From assembly GCA_026396515.1 (NCBI GenBank), contig JAPLWQ010000001.1, forward strand, positions 564 through 64,563: a stretch of DNA of 64,000 nt, written 5' to 3'. How positions within the stretch are numbered: the first letter of the stretch is position 1; each line of letters starts with the position of its first letter. Shown here piece by piece: positions 45,413 to 54,251 of this stretch. Under the pieces are notes generated by a model. That model was not told the origin of the DNA, searched no databases, and saw nothing but the letters and a program-made list of their open reading frames with translations. The translations under genes were made by a program, and so were the position numbers. This DNA comes from Candidatus Magasanikiibacteriota bacterium (GTDB lineage: Bacteria > Patescibacteriota > Patescibacteriia > Magasanikbacterales > GWA2-37-8).

Positions 45413-47941
45413 TTATTTCAGATTAATGGTGGATCCGAATTCGGCGATTAGTGCGTAAGATTTTTTTGGCTTGCTTTTTAAAATTATGTCCGCCATTATT
45501 TTTTCCACCTCGGCCCGTATTTTTTGCCGGATATCTCGGGCATTGATATTTTTTTCTTCCAGTCCTTTTATTAGTTCATGCATAGTTACTCCATCAGCGG
45601 AAATTTTTGTTTGGTATTTTTTAAGCTGACGGTTTAACGAATCGATTTCTAAAAACGCAATTTTCGCCAAATCATTTATTGACAGTTCATTAAATACACA
45701 GACGCAGTCAAGACGGTTTATCAGTTCGGGGGAGAATCGTTCTTTGAGTTTTTCCCGTATCTTTGTACGGCTTTCTTTTGCCATTAGATTGCCCGGCGTG
45801 AAACCAAACGCGCCTTTTTTCAGCTCATCGGCGCCGTAGGATGTGGTTAATATTATTATAGCATGTTTTAGGGATATTTTCTTGCCTGTTGAGTCGGTAA
45901 TGCGCCCCTCTTCCAGTATTTGCAGGAGCAATTTCAATATGTCCGGATGCGCCTTATCTATTTCGTCAAAAAGTACCACAGAATATGGCTGGAGTTTGAG
46001 CCGGTCGGTGAATTGGTTGGCCTCCTTATAACCTATATATCCGGCCGGAGAACCGAGCAATTTTGACGCGCCGTATGATTCGCTGAATTCCGACATGTCC
46101 AGCCGGATTAAAGCATCTTGTCCCGGGTAAAGCGCTTCAGAGAGTGATTTACCCAGTTCCGTTTTTCCCACGCCCGAAGATCCGACAAATAGAAAAGAGG
46201 CGATCGGCTTGTCCGGGCTGGAAAGACCGAGTTCGGCACGCCGGATTAATCCGACCACCTGATCAATGGTTTCATCCTGGCCGATAATTCTCTGCCCGAG
46301 TTCTTTGGAGAGTTTAATAAATTTTTGGCCGCTGTTAGAGGTCAATTCCGAGGGCTCCACGCCGGTCATTTTCGCGACCTGCGCCAGAACATCGTGAGCG
46401 GTTACAACACCGAGGATTGCGATGCCCTTTTTACTTACAGTTTTTTCCATTTTTTCAATTTCCACAGCCAGCTGCGCTTCTCTTTCTTTAAGTTTTAAGG
46501 CCTCGTCAAACCGGTCGTCAAAGGCCGCGGTTTCCTTGTTGGCACGGACTTTTTTTAACTCGTCGCGGAGTGCAAAAAGCGTTTCTTCATCAGGAGAATT
46601 TCTTACTGAAAGTCTTTTTGCAGCTGCGGTTTCGTCGATTAAATCAATCGCCTTATCCGGCAAAAATTTTCCTGAAACATACCGGGCGGATAATGTTACA
46701 GCCGCGTCGGCGGCCTTGTCTTCAATTTTCACCTGGTGGAACGATTCAAAATTTTTCTTTATGCCTCTCAATATTTTTTCCGCCTCGGCAATATTCGGTT
46801 CGCGCACTATAATCGGCATAAATCGCCGTTCCAGCGCCGCGTCGCTTTCAAAAAATTTCTTGTACTCCGCCGGCGTAGTGGAGCCGATGCAGTGAATTTG
46901 TCCGCGGGCAAGAGCCGGTTTTAGCAGATTGGCCGCGTCCATTGAGCCCTGCGATGAGCCGGCACCGACAATATTGTGAATTTCGTCAATGAAAAGAATT
47001 ATTTCCGAATCGGCAACCGCCTCGTCAATTAAATCTTTCAGGCGCGACTCAAATTCTCCGCGGTAAATTGTGCCGGCTACTAGCAGCCCCAGATCCACTG
47101 AATATATTTTTTTTCGGCGCAGTTTGTCCGGTACGGCTCCCTCGATAATTTTTTTTGCCAGTCCTTCAACAATTGCTGTTTTTCCCACGCCCGGATCGCC
47201 AAGGAGAATCGGATTATTTTTTGTTCTGCGCGACAATATTTGTATCAGACGTTCAACTTCCTGTTCGCGCCCGACCAGCGGATCAATATTTTTTTGGTTG
47301 TCAGGGTCGGTGAGATTGACGGCAAAATATTCCAGCGCCGAATCGGAGTTTTTCTCATTTTTTCGCTTGCTTTTACGCGGTTTCCGCACCGGCTGTGCCG
47401 TTGATGGTCCTAATAGATTTTCCTGAATGTGTTCGGCTGCCTCGGCCACATCGTCTAGGCCGGGGAATTGTGAAGCGTTGGCGAGTATTGAATCAATTTC
47501 TTTAGTGATGGCCTCAATTTTTAAATTACTCACCTTAAAAAACTCTTTCAATTTAATATCGTCCAAATCTAAAAGTGCGGCGAGCAGGTGCTCGGAACCG
47601 AGATAATTATGTCCGTTTTTTTGCGCCACAATCAGCGCTTTTTCCAAGGCGATTTTTGACAGCGCGGAAAGAGGAGGAATTTGTGCAGAAGCAATTGATT
47701 TGTCCAATAAAATTTTTTCCGCTCCCGGTTCTGTCGGCACGGCAAATATCATCTGCTCTAAAATTTTTACGTCCGGTTTAGCATGGCTGATAATTTCTGC
47801 CGCCACTGAACCCTTTTCATTAATTAGAGCGAACAGCAAATGTAGCGGTTCAATTTCACGGTGTTTTAATTCCGAGGCGATTTGCATCGCCTTAGCTAAA
47901 ATTTCTTTTAAGTGAGTGGAAAATCGGTCAAGAATGTCCAT
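45413..47941 (-). CDS. clpC: Clp ATPase (ClpC/ClpB family AAA+ chaperone, two NBDs, double Clp_N)
   Basis: Two Clp_N repeats. Walker A GDPGVGKTAIVEGLA and GSSGVGKTELGK. ATG at 47941. Confidence 0.85.
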   Translation of the reverse strand: MDILDRFSTHLKEILAKAMQIASELKHREIEPLHLLFALINEKGSVAAEIISHAKPDVKILEQMIFAVPTEPGAEKILLDKSIASAQIPPLSALSKIALEKALIVAQKNGHNYLGSEHLLAALLDLDDIKLKEFFKVSNLKIEAITKEIDSILANASQFPGLDDVAEAAEHIQENLLGPSTAQPVRKPRKSKRKNEKNSDSALEYFAVNLTDPDNQKNIDPLVGREQEVERLIQILSRRTKNNPILLGDPGVGKTAIVEGLAKKIIEGAVPDKLRRKKIYSVDLGLLVAGTIYRGEFESRLKDLIDEAVADSEIILFIDEIHNIVGAGSSQGSMDAANLLKPALARGQIHCIGSTTPAEYKKFFESDAALERRFMPIIVREPNIAEAEKILRGIKKNFESFHQVKIEDKAADAAVTLSARYVSGKFLPDKAIDLIDETAAAKRLSVRNSPDEETLFALRDELKKVRANKETAAFDDRFDEALKLKEREAQLAVEIEKMEKTVSKKGIAILGVVTAHDVLAQVAKMTGVEPSELTSNSGQKFIKLSKELGQRIIGQDETIDQVVGLIRRAELGLSSPDKPIASFLFVGSSGVGKTELGKSLSEALYPGQDALIRLDMSEFSESYGASKLLGSPAGYIGYKEANQFTDRLKLQPYSVVLFDEIDKAHPDILKLLLQILEEGRITDSTGKKISLKHAIIILTTSYGADELKKGAFGFTPGNLMAKESRTKIREKLKERFSPELINRLDCVCVFNELSINDLAKIAFLEIDSLNRQLKKYQTKISADGVTMHELIKGLEEKNINARDIRQKIRAEVEKIMADIILKSKPKKSYALIAEFGSTINLK

Positions 47942-48015
47942 ATTTATTTGATAATTATTTGCGGCTATTATATAATGAATAACACTTGAAGTCAAAGCTA
48001 ATTTTTCTCTAAACT

Positions 48016-49380
48016 ATGAGCATTCCGAACATTTTTAAGGCCTACGATGTGCGTGGGGTTTACCCCGATGAATTGAATGAAGAGATGGTCGAAAAAATCG
48101 CCCGAGCTTTTGTGTTTTTAAGAAAAGACGAGCTGAAAAAAAATGGGCTTAAGGTTGTGGTCGGCCGCGACATGCGCCTATCTTCGCCGTCTCTCCGTAA
48201 CGCGGTTATTCGAGGACTAACTGATCAAGGCGCTGATGTAATTGACGTGGGCTTGGTTTCCGCCCCGACTTTTTATTTTGCCATCTGCCGTCTCAAAGCT
48301 GACGGCGGCCTAATGGTCTCCGCTTCTCACAATCCCAAAGAGTACAATGGTATAAAAATTACGCGGGAAAATGCTAAACCTCTCGGCGCGGGAAATGGAA
48401 TGGAGGAAATTAAACAAATGACCGAGGCTGGTGGTTTTTCTGAGCCGGAGAAAAAGGGCGAAGTTGAATTGCGCGAAGGAGTTTTGGACGAGCAGGTTAA
48501 ATATGAAGAGCAGGGGATTGATCTGAAACAAATTCGCAAATTTAAAATTGTGGCTGACCCGGCCAATGCGATGGGAGCGCAATATTTGGAAGCCCTGTTT
48601 AAAGATCTGCCACAGTTGGAACTTTTCAAAATGAATTTTGAACTTGACGGCACTTTTCCGGCGCATCAGGCCGATCCTTTTCAGGATAAAAATGTCGCGG
48701 ATTTAAAGAAAAAAGTTTTGGCGGAAAAGGCAGATCTGGGTATTGCCACCGACGGCGACGGCGACCGGATATTTTTTATTGACAACGAGGGTGAGCTGCT
48801 GGAACCGGCAATTTTGCGCGGTATTATGGCCAAAATTTTCCTTCGTGAGTTTCCGGGTGCGACCATTTGCTACGATATCCGGCCGGGAAAAATTACCGAG
48901 GATATGATTTTGGAAAACGGCGGTGTGCCATCGGTTACTCGCGTCGGGCACTCGCTTATCAAAAAGCAGATGCTGGAAGTGGGGGCCGTATTTGGCGGAG
49001 AATCATCCGGGCATTTTTTCGTAAAATTTCCGCACGGAGTTTATGAAGCGCCGATGCTGGTGGTTTTGAAATTACTTTTGGAATTAACGGAGACGGATAA
49101 AAATTTGGCCGATTATGCCAGGCCGCTCCGCAAATATTTTCATTCGGGCGAGATAAATTTTAAGGTGGAGGATAAAGCGGGGGTTTTGGCGCGAGTGAGT
49201 GAAAAATATTCAGACGCTGAATTAAACGAACTGGATGGATTGACTTTCACTTATCCGAATTATTGGTTTAACGTACGTTTGAGCAACACCGAATCATTGG
49301 TAAGGTTGAATTTGGAAGCGACGAGCAAAGAATTAATGGAGGAAAAAACAAAAGAAGTCAGTGGTATTATTAATTTGTAA
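48016..49380 (+). CDS. phosphoglucomutase/phosphomannomutase (alpha-D-phosphohexomutase)
   Basis: SASHNPKEYNGIK active-site loop. GDGDR metal loop. Confidence 0.88.
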   Translation: MSIPNIFKAYDVRGVYPDELNEEMVEKIARAFVFLRKDELKKNGLKVVVGRDMRLSSPSLRNAVIRGLTDQGADVIDVGLVSAPTFYFAICRLKADGGLMVSASHNPKEYNGIKITRENAKPLGAGNGMEEIKQMTEAGGFSEPEKKGEVELREGVLDEQVKYEEQGIDLKQIRKFKIVADPANAMGAQYLEALFKDLPQLELFKMNFELDGTFPAHQADPFQDKNVADLKKKVLAEKADLGIATDGDGDRIFFIDNEGELLEPAILRGIMAKIFLREFPGATICYDIRPGKITEDMILENGGVPSVTRVGHSLIKKQMLEVGAVFGGESSGHFFVKFPHGVYEAPMLVVLKLLLELTETDKNLADYARPLRKYFHSGEINFKVEDKAGVLARVSEKYSDAELNELDGLTFTYPNYWFNVRLSNTESLVRLNLEATSKELMEEKTKEVSGIINL

Positions 49381-49384
49381 TATT

Positions 49385-49726
49385 ATGTCCGTAAAACAAC
49401 ACAGCCGCGGAGGAAATGTCGACCGTTCATGGCAAAAGCGCCGGGCCGATGCCTTTGGGAAAGTCAGTGATGGGTTGGTGGATGTGGCTAATGCCAAAAA
49501 ACAAAAAATTTCTGACCGGCTCAAAGCCACCGGTCTGAAAGAGAAAAAAGTATATAAGGCAAAATTGGGCGATGATATGCGCGCATTCGAATATGCCGTA
49601 ACGAAAATCGACCGGCTGGAAGGCGATGTTTGGCTCAAGTCCGAACGCGGAAAAGTACGCAAAGCAAGGGTGTTTGACGCGATTTTCGGGCCGGTCGAGC
49701 GGCCGAAACACAAAGGAAAAAAGTAA
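49385..49726 (+). CDS. hypothetical small basic protein
   Basis: ORF with a downstream terminator. Start uncertain (track 49361). About 50% GC. Confidence 0.4.
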   Translation: MSVKQHSRGGNVDRSWQKRRADAFGKVSDGLVDVANAKKQKISDRLKATGLKEKKVYKAKLGDDMRAFEYAVTKIDRLEGDVWLKSERGKVRKARVFDAIFGPVERPKHKGKK

Positions 49727-49744
49727 GATAAAAGTATTAAACAA

Positions 49745-49770
49745 GCGGGCCACCACGGCCCGCTTTTTTA
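49745..49770 (+). terminator. Rho-independent terminator
   Basis: gcgggccaccacggcccgctttttt. Confidence 0.6.
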
Positions 49771-49792
49771 TTGATTCCGCCCTTCGGCGGGA

Positions 49793-49821
49793 TTGACAGT
49801 TGCACACTTTTGTGCTACAAT
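49793..49821 (+). promoter_or_regulatory. consensus sigma70 promoter TTGACA-17-TACAAT
   Basis: Perfect -35, 17-nt spacer. Followed by an aaaggagg SD and ATG at 49861. Confidence 0.55.
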
Positions 49822-49860
49822 TCTGCTTTCCGTCCACAATGACGCAAAGGAGGCAATTGC

Positions 49861-50112
49861 ATGGGGAGCAGACAAGAAGAGGCAAAGCGGGAGGAATCGG
49901 TCTATGTTCCAAGGTTTGACGGTTTAGCCGGCGAGAGAAACGCGAAAAGCGGAAGCAGGCGCAATGTTCACGTTCGCGCCACGTCGGAAGAGCAGTCCCA
50001 AATGGCTGAAGAGCGCCGGTATCGGCGCGCACTCGAAGACCCGCCGGAACTGCGGGGAGAGGAGAGGCGCATTGTTGACCAGTTATCCCGGTTGACACGG
50101 CGCGGAAGGTAA
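49861..50112 (+). CDS. hypothetical small highly charged protein (83 aa), GC-rich singleton
   Basis: Strong promoter plus SD. Arg/Glu-rich. Terminator follows. Confidence 0.5.
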   Translation: MGSRQEEAKREESVYVPRFDGLAGERNAKSGSRRNVHVRATSEEQSQMAEERRYRRALEDPPELRGEERRIVDQLSRLTRRGR

Positions 50113-50147
50113 ATGTCCAAGAAGAATTAGCTCATTCGTAGCTTAAA

Positions 50148-50179
50148 GAGCCACCCTCGGGTGGCTCATTGTTTTTTTA
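50148..50179. terminator. bidirectional terminator (gagccaccc tcg ggtggctc + T-run)
   Basis: Between ORF 49861 (+) and htpX (-). Confidence 0.6.
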
Positions 50180-51082
50180 GACGCCCATTGTTCGCAATTT
50201 TCGTATTCTTTCTTCAACCGGCGGGTGAGTGGAAAAAAGCGAAGCGAATTTTTTTCGCCCGCCTTTAAAGGGGTTGGAAATAAACATGTGAGCAGTGGCG
50301 GTAGATGCTTTTCGCATCGGCATATTTTCATTGGCAATTTTTTCCAGGGCGCTCGCCAAGCCGTCGGGATAGCGCGTTAAAAGCGCGCCCGAAGCGTCGG
50401 CCAGATATTCGCGCTTGCGGGAAATTGCCAATTTTATCAGTTCAGCAATAAATGGTGAAAGAATAGCCAATATGATGCCGACAATCATCAGAATAGCAAA
50501 AAGTTGTGAACCGCCTTCGCGATCATTGCTTTTTCCTCCGCGAAACAGTCCGCCGGAGCGGAGCATAAAATCGGCCATAATGGTAATGGCGCCCACCATT
50601 ACAGCCACCAGCATCATAAAACGGATGTCGTAATTTTTTATGTGTGACAGTTCGTGAGCGACTACGCCTTCCAGCTCTTCATTGGTAAGTTTTTCAATTG
50701 CCCCGCGGGTTACGGCAATGGAAGCGTTCTTCGGATTGCGCCCGGTGGCGAAAGCGTTGATTGCCGGATCCTCAATTAAATATATTTTTGGCATCGGCAC
50801 GCCGGCAGTAATACAGAGGTTTTCCACCAGGTGATAGATATATTTGTTTTCGTCGTGCGCGATCGGTTTGGCCCCGGAAACAGACAAAGCGATTTTGTCA
50901 CCGGAAAAATATGAGATGGCGGCCATGCCGAGCGAAAACAATATGGCGATAGTCAATCCGGTATAGGTTCTTCCTTCGCCGTACACTTGGTCAAAAATCC
51001 AGCCGAGCAAAATAATCATGGCGATAAAAATCATTGCCAGAAAAATTGATTTGCGCGTATTTGATGCAATTTCAGAGTACAT
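50177..51082 (-). CDS. htpX: zinc metalloprotease HtpX (M48)
   Basis: HELSH HExxH motif. Four TM helices. Paired with lemA. Confidence 0.9.
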   Translation of the reverse strand: MYSEIASNTRKSIFLAMIFIAMIILLGWIFDQVYGEGRTYTGLTIAILFSLGMAAISYFSGDKIALSVSGAKPIAHDENKYIYHLVENLCITAGVPMPKIYLIEDPAINAFATGRNPKNASIAVTRGAIEKLTNEELEGVVAHELSHIKNYDIRFMMLVAVMVGAITIMADFMLRSGGLFRGGKSNDREGGSQLFAILMIVGIILAILSPFIAELIKLAISRKREYLADASGALLTRYPDGLASALEKIANENMPMRKASTATAHMFISNPFKGGRKKFASLFSTHPPVEERIRKLRTMGV

Positions 51083-51125
51083 ATATAAATATCAAACGAC
51101 CCCGTAGCCGGGGCCGTTTTTTCAT

Positions 51126-51692
51126 TTAGAATTTTACCTGCACATTCTGTTTTTCTCCATCGGCCGCCTGGAAGAAATCGTATTTTGTGAATTTCAGAGC
51201 GCCGGCGATCATATTGGTTGGGAACACCTGAATTTTGGTGTTGAAGTCGCGGACATTGCCGTTGTAAAATCTGCGGGCAGCTTGAATCTTGTTTTCAGTA
51301 TCGGATAGTTCATCTTGCAATTGCAAGAAATTCTGACTGGCTTTTAAATCAGGATAATTTTCTGAAACGGCAAACAAAGATTTCAGAGTGCTGGAAAGCA
51401 TGTTTTCCGCTTGTTCGCGCTGGGCCAAAGTAGCGTCTTTGTTATCATGTACAGCCATGGCCGAGGTGCGTGCTTCAGTCACTTTGGTGAGCGTACCTTG
51501 CTCATGTGTCATATAACCCTTTACTGTTTCCACTAAATTCGGTATCAGGTCATAGCGGCGTTTAAGTTGGACGTCAATGTCGCTGTATGCCTCATCCACT
51601 TGGTTTTTTCCCTTAACCAAGCCATTATATGTGGCAATCAGCCAAACGGCCACTATTGCCAATACAATGAGAATAATGTAAGATATACCCAT
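51126..51692 (-). CDS. lemA: LemA family protein
   Basis: N-terminal TM plus LemA-type helical domain. Classic lemA-htpX pair. Confidence 0.85.
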   Translation of the reverse strand: MGISYIILIVLAIVAVWLIATYNGLVKGKNQVDEAYSDIDVQLKRRYDLIPNLVETVKGYMTHEQGTLTKVTEARTSAMAVHDNKDATLAQREQAENMLSSTLKSLFAVSENYPDLKASQNFLQLQDELSDTENKIQAARRFYNGNVRDFNTKIQVFPTNMIAGALKFTKYDFFQAADGEKQNVQVKF

Positions 51693-51770
51693 ATATTGTA
51701 TAAATTAGAGGTTAATTAATGTTAACCTTTTTATATTTTAGCTTATCTGTGTAAAAAGTAAAGATGCGCT

Positions 51771-53066
51771 ATGGTAACTCTTCTTATCTTCATTGCCGTA
51801 CTTGCCGTCTTGGTAATTACTCATGAACTCGGGCATTTTATTGCCGCGCGAAAAAGCGGTATAGCCGCACCGGAATTCGGTTTTGGTTTTCCACCGAGAA
51901 TTTTTGGCATTCAGGTGAAAAAAAATTTAAAGCTGGAAAAAATTTCAGAGCAGGAAAGCATCTCGGTTCAGATTGATCGCGGCCAAAACGAATTTGGAGA
52001 AGACGTGGTGCAGGAAACTATTATTGACGAAAAAAAAGAGATTGATATTATAAAATCAAAAAGAAAATGGCGTTTCGTCTGGGGCAACCGCGAGTTAAAC
52101 GAGGAAGATGAAAAATTCGGCACGGTTTATTCTTTAAACTGGCTGCCGCTCGGCGGATTTGTAAAAATTAAGGGGGAAAATGGTGAAAGTGTTGAAGCGG
52201 ACAGCTTCATGGTGCAGAAGACCTGGAAGAAAGCAATCGTAATTGTGGCTGGCGTGGCTATGAATGTGGTTTTGGCCGCAGTATTATTTTCTATCGGTTA
52301 TATGATCGGTCTGCCGACTTTGGTGGATAATATGGGTGATGTGAGCCAAGTGAAAGACCGCAAGCTGACAATCATGCAAGTTTTACCGGGCAAACCGGCT
52401 GAACTGGCCGGATTAAAAAGTGAAGATATAATTGTTAAAATTGGCGATTTGGAAAATCCGCGGTTATCGGAAATGCAGAAATATGTTGACGACCACAAGA
52501 GCGAAGAAATAAATATTTCCATAAAACGCGGCGAAGAAATTATCGAACAGAAGATCAAGCCGATAATATATGAAGAAACCGGTAAAGGAGGAATTGGCGT
52601 GGGCATTGCCGAACTGGGCACGGTTAAGTATCCGTGGTACCAGGCCATCTGGCGGGGTTTTATCGATACCTTCGTTTATATCAAAGAAATATTTATTGCT
52701 TTTTATTTTTTAATAGTCGGATTATTTGCCGGCCGAGGAGCGGGAGAAGCCGTATCCGGTCCTATTGGCATTGCGGTTATGACTGGGCAGGTGGCAAAAA
52801 TGGGCTTTATCTATTTATTGCAGTTTACAGCTATTTTGTCTTTAAATCTTGCAGTGATAAATATTTTGCCAATTCCGGCGCTCGACGGCGGTCGATTGCT
52901 GTTTTTGTTTTTAAACAAATTTAAAAAAATTAATTTTGCCAAATACGAACAGACCGCGCACGCCGTTGGCTTTATGCTCCTTATGCTTTTGGTACTGGTA
53001 GTGACAGTCAGAGATGTCGGAAATTTTAGGGATGTTTTTATCGGATTTTTTAAGCGAATTTTTTGA
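51771..53066 (+). CDS. rseP: RIP metalloprotease RseP (site-2 protease, M50) with PDZ
   Basis: HELGHFIAARK HExxH in TM1. PDZ. LDGG motif. Confidence 0.9.
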   Translation: MVTLLIFIAVLAVLVITHELGHFIAARKSGIAAPEFGFGFPPRIFGIQVKKNLKLEKISEQESISVQIDRGQNEFGEDVVQETIIDEKKEIDIIKSKRKWRFVWGNRELNEEDEKFGTVYSLNWLPLGGFVKIKGENGESVEADSFMVQKTWKKAIVIVAGVAMNVVLAAVLFSIGYMIGLPTLVDNMGDVSQVKDRKLTIMQVLPGKPAELAGLKSEDIIVKIGDLENPRLSEMQKYVDDHKSEEINISIKRGEEIIEQKIKPIIYEETGKGGIGVGIAELGTVKYPWYQAIWRGFIDTFVYIKEIFIAFYFLIVGLFAGRGAGEAVSGPIGIAVMTGQVAKMGFIYLLQFTAILSLNLAVINILPIPALDGGRLLFLFLNKFKKINFAKYEQTAHAVGFMLLMLLVLVVTVRDVGNFRDVFIGFFKRIF

Positions 53067-53216
53067 TTTTAAAATATGCCTCGTAGAGAAATTTTGAACG
53101 ATTTTGCCATGCGGGCAAAATCAAAAGAATTATCGCGGAGCAATTAGAAATGATTTAAGTTAAAGAAAAATATTTATTTTTAATAGAGCACTTAATTAAA
53201 AATTCTTCTACGGGGT

Positions 53217-54248
53217 ATGAACGATAAAATTTTGAAAATTAAGCAGGTGGCGCTTGAGGCAATCCGCGAAGCAAAAGACCGGGAGGCTTTACGCGATGTT
53301 GAAAATGAATATTTTAGCCGGAAAGCAGGCGTGCTGACTGAAATGATGAAAAGCATTAAAGATTTGTCAGTTGAAGAAAAAAAGAAAGTTGGCCAGCTGG
53401 CCAATGAGACAAAGCAGGAAATTGAAAAAGCAATTGTTGAAAAAAATTATGAATTGAGTGAGGAAGATTGGGCGAACAGTTTGGCGGTTGAGAAAATTGA
53501 CCTGACTGCGCCGGTTCTGCCCCATGCGGAGCGAGGACATCTGCATCCGGTGTCCATTGTGCAAAAAGAGCTGGAAGAATTTTTTTCTTCAATGGGTTTT
53601 ATTATTGCCGACGGTCCGGAGTTGGAAAGCGATTATTTTAATTTTTCTTCTTTAAATATTCCGGCCGATCATCCGGCGCGCGATTCGCAGGATACTTTTT
53701 ACATAAAAAATCATCCCGACTGGGTGATGCGCACGCATACTTCGTCGCTCCAGGTCCGTTCAATGCAAAAATACGGCGTGCCGCTTCGAGTAATCATGCC
53801 TGGCAAGTGCTACCGCAATGAAGCGACCGACGCGCGACATGAACACACATTTTATCAGCTGGAAGGGCTGGTTATAAATGAAGCTATCACTATGGCGCAT
53901 ATGAAGGGAGTGTTGGAAGCGGTGGCAAAACATCTTTACGGGCCGGAGACACAAGTTCGGTTGCGTCCGAAATTTTATCCGTTTGTCGAGCCGGGCGTGA
54001 ATGGCGAAGTGACATGTTTCTTGTGCGACGGCGCCGGTTGCAAGGTGTGCAAAAATACCGGCTGGATGGAAATATTCGGCGCCGGCATGATTCATCAGAG
54101 TGTATTAAAAGAAGGAGGAATCGATCCGGAAAAATATCAGGGTTTTGCTTTCGGTTTCGGATTAACTCGTTTGGTCATGCTTAAATATGGCATTGAGGAT
54201 GCCCGCATTTTACAGAGCGGTGACTTGAGGTTTATTAAACAGTTTTAA
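53217..54248 (+). CDS. pheS: phenylalanyl-tRNA synthetase alpha subunit
   Basis: Class II motifs. FYP..EPG. Confidence 0.95.
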   Translation: MNDKILKIKQVALEAIREAKDREALRDVENEYFSRKAGVLTEMMKSIKDLSVEEKKKVGQLANETKQEIEKAIVEKNYELSEEDWANSLAVEKIDLTAPVLPHAERGHLHPVSIVQKELEEFFSSMGFIIADGPELESDYFNFSSLNIPADHPARDSQDTFYIKNHPDWVMRTHTSSLQVRSMQKYGVPLRVIMPGKCYRNEATDARHEHTFYQLEGLVINEAITMAHMKGVLEAVAKHLYGPETQVRLRPKFYPFVEPGVNGEVTCFLCDGAGCKVCKNTGWMEIFGAGMIHQSVLKEGGIDPEKYQGFAFGFGLTRLVMLKYGIEDARILQSGDLRFIKQF

Positions 54249-54251
54249 GAT

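Noticed and set aside
44705-45426. Several plus-strand ORFs (187, 113 and 114 aa) in the 45.0-45.4 kb region
   Set aside because: They arise from the GAA/GGN-rich repeat encoding the Glu/Gly tract of the minus-strand membrane protein. Low-complexity Pro/Ser/Leu junk.
49427-50098. 223-aa minus ORF spanning two small plus-strand genes
   Set aside because: Crosses an intact terminator hairpin and a consensus promoter. Cys/Arg/Phe-rich implausible composition. The plus-strand genes have SDs.
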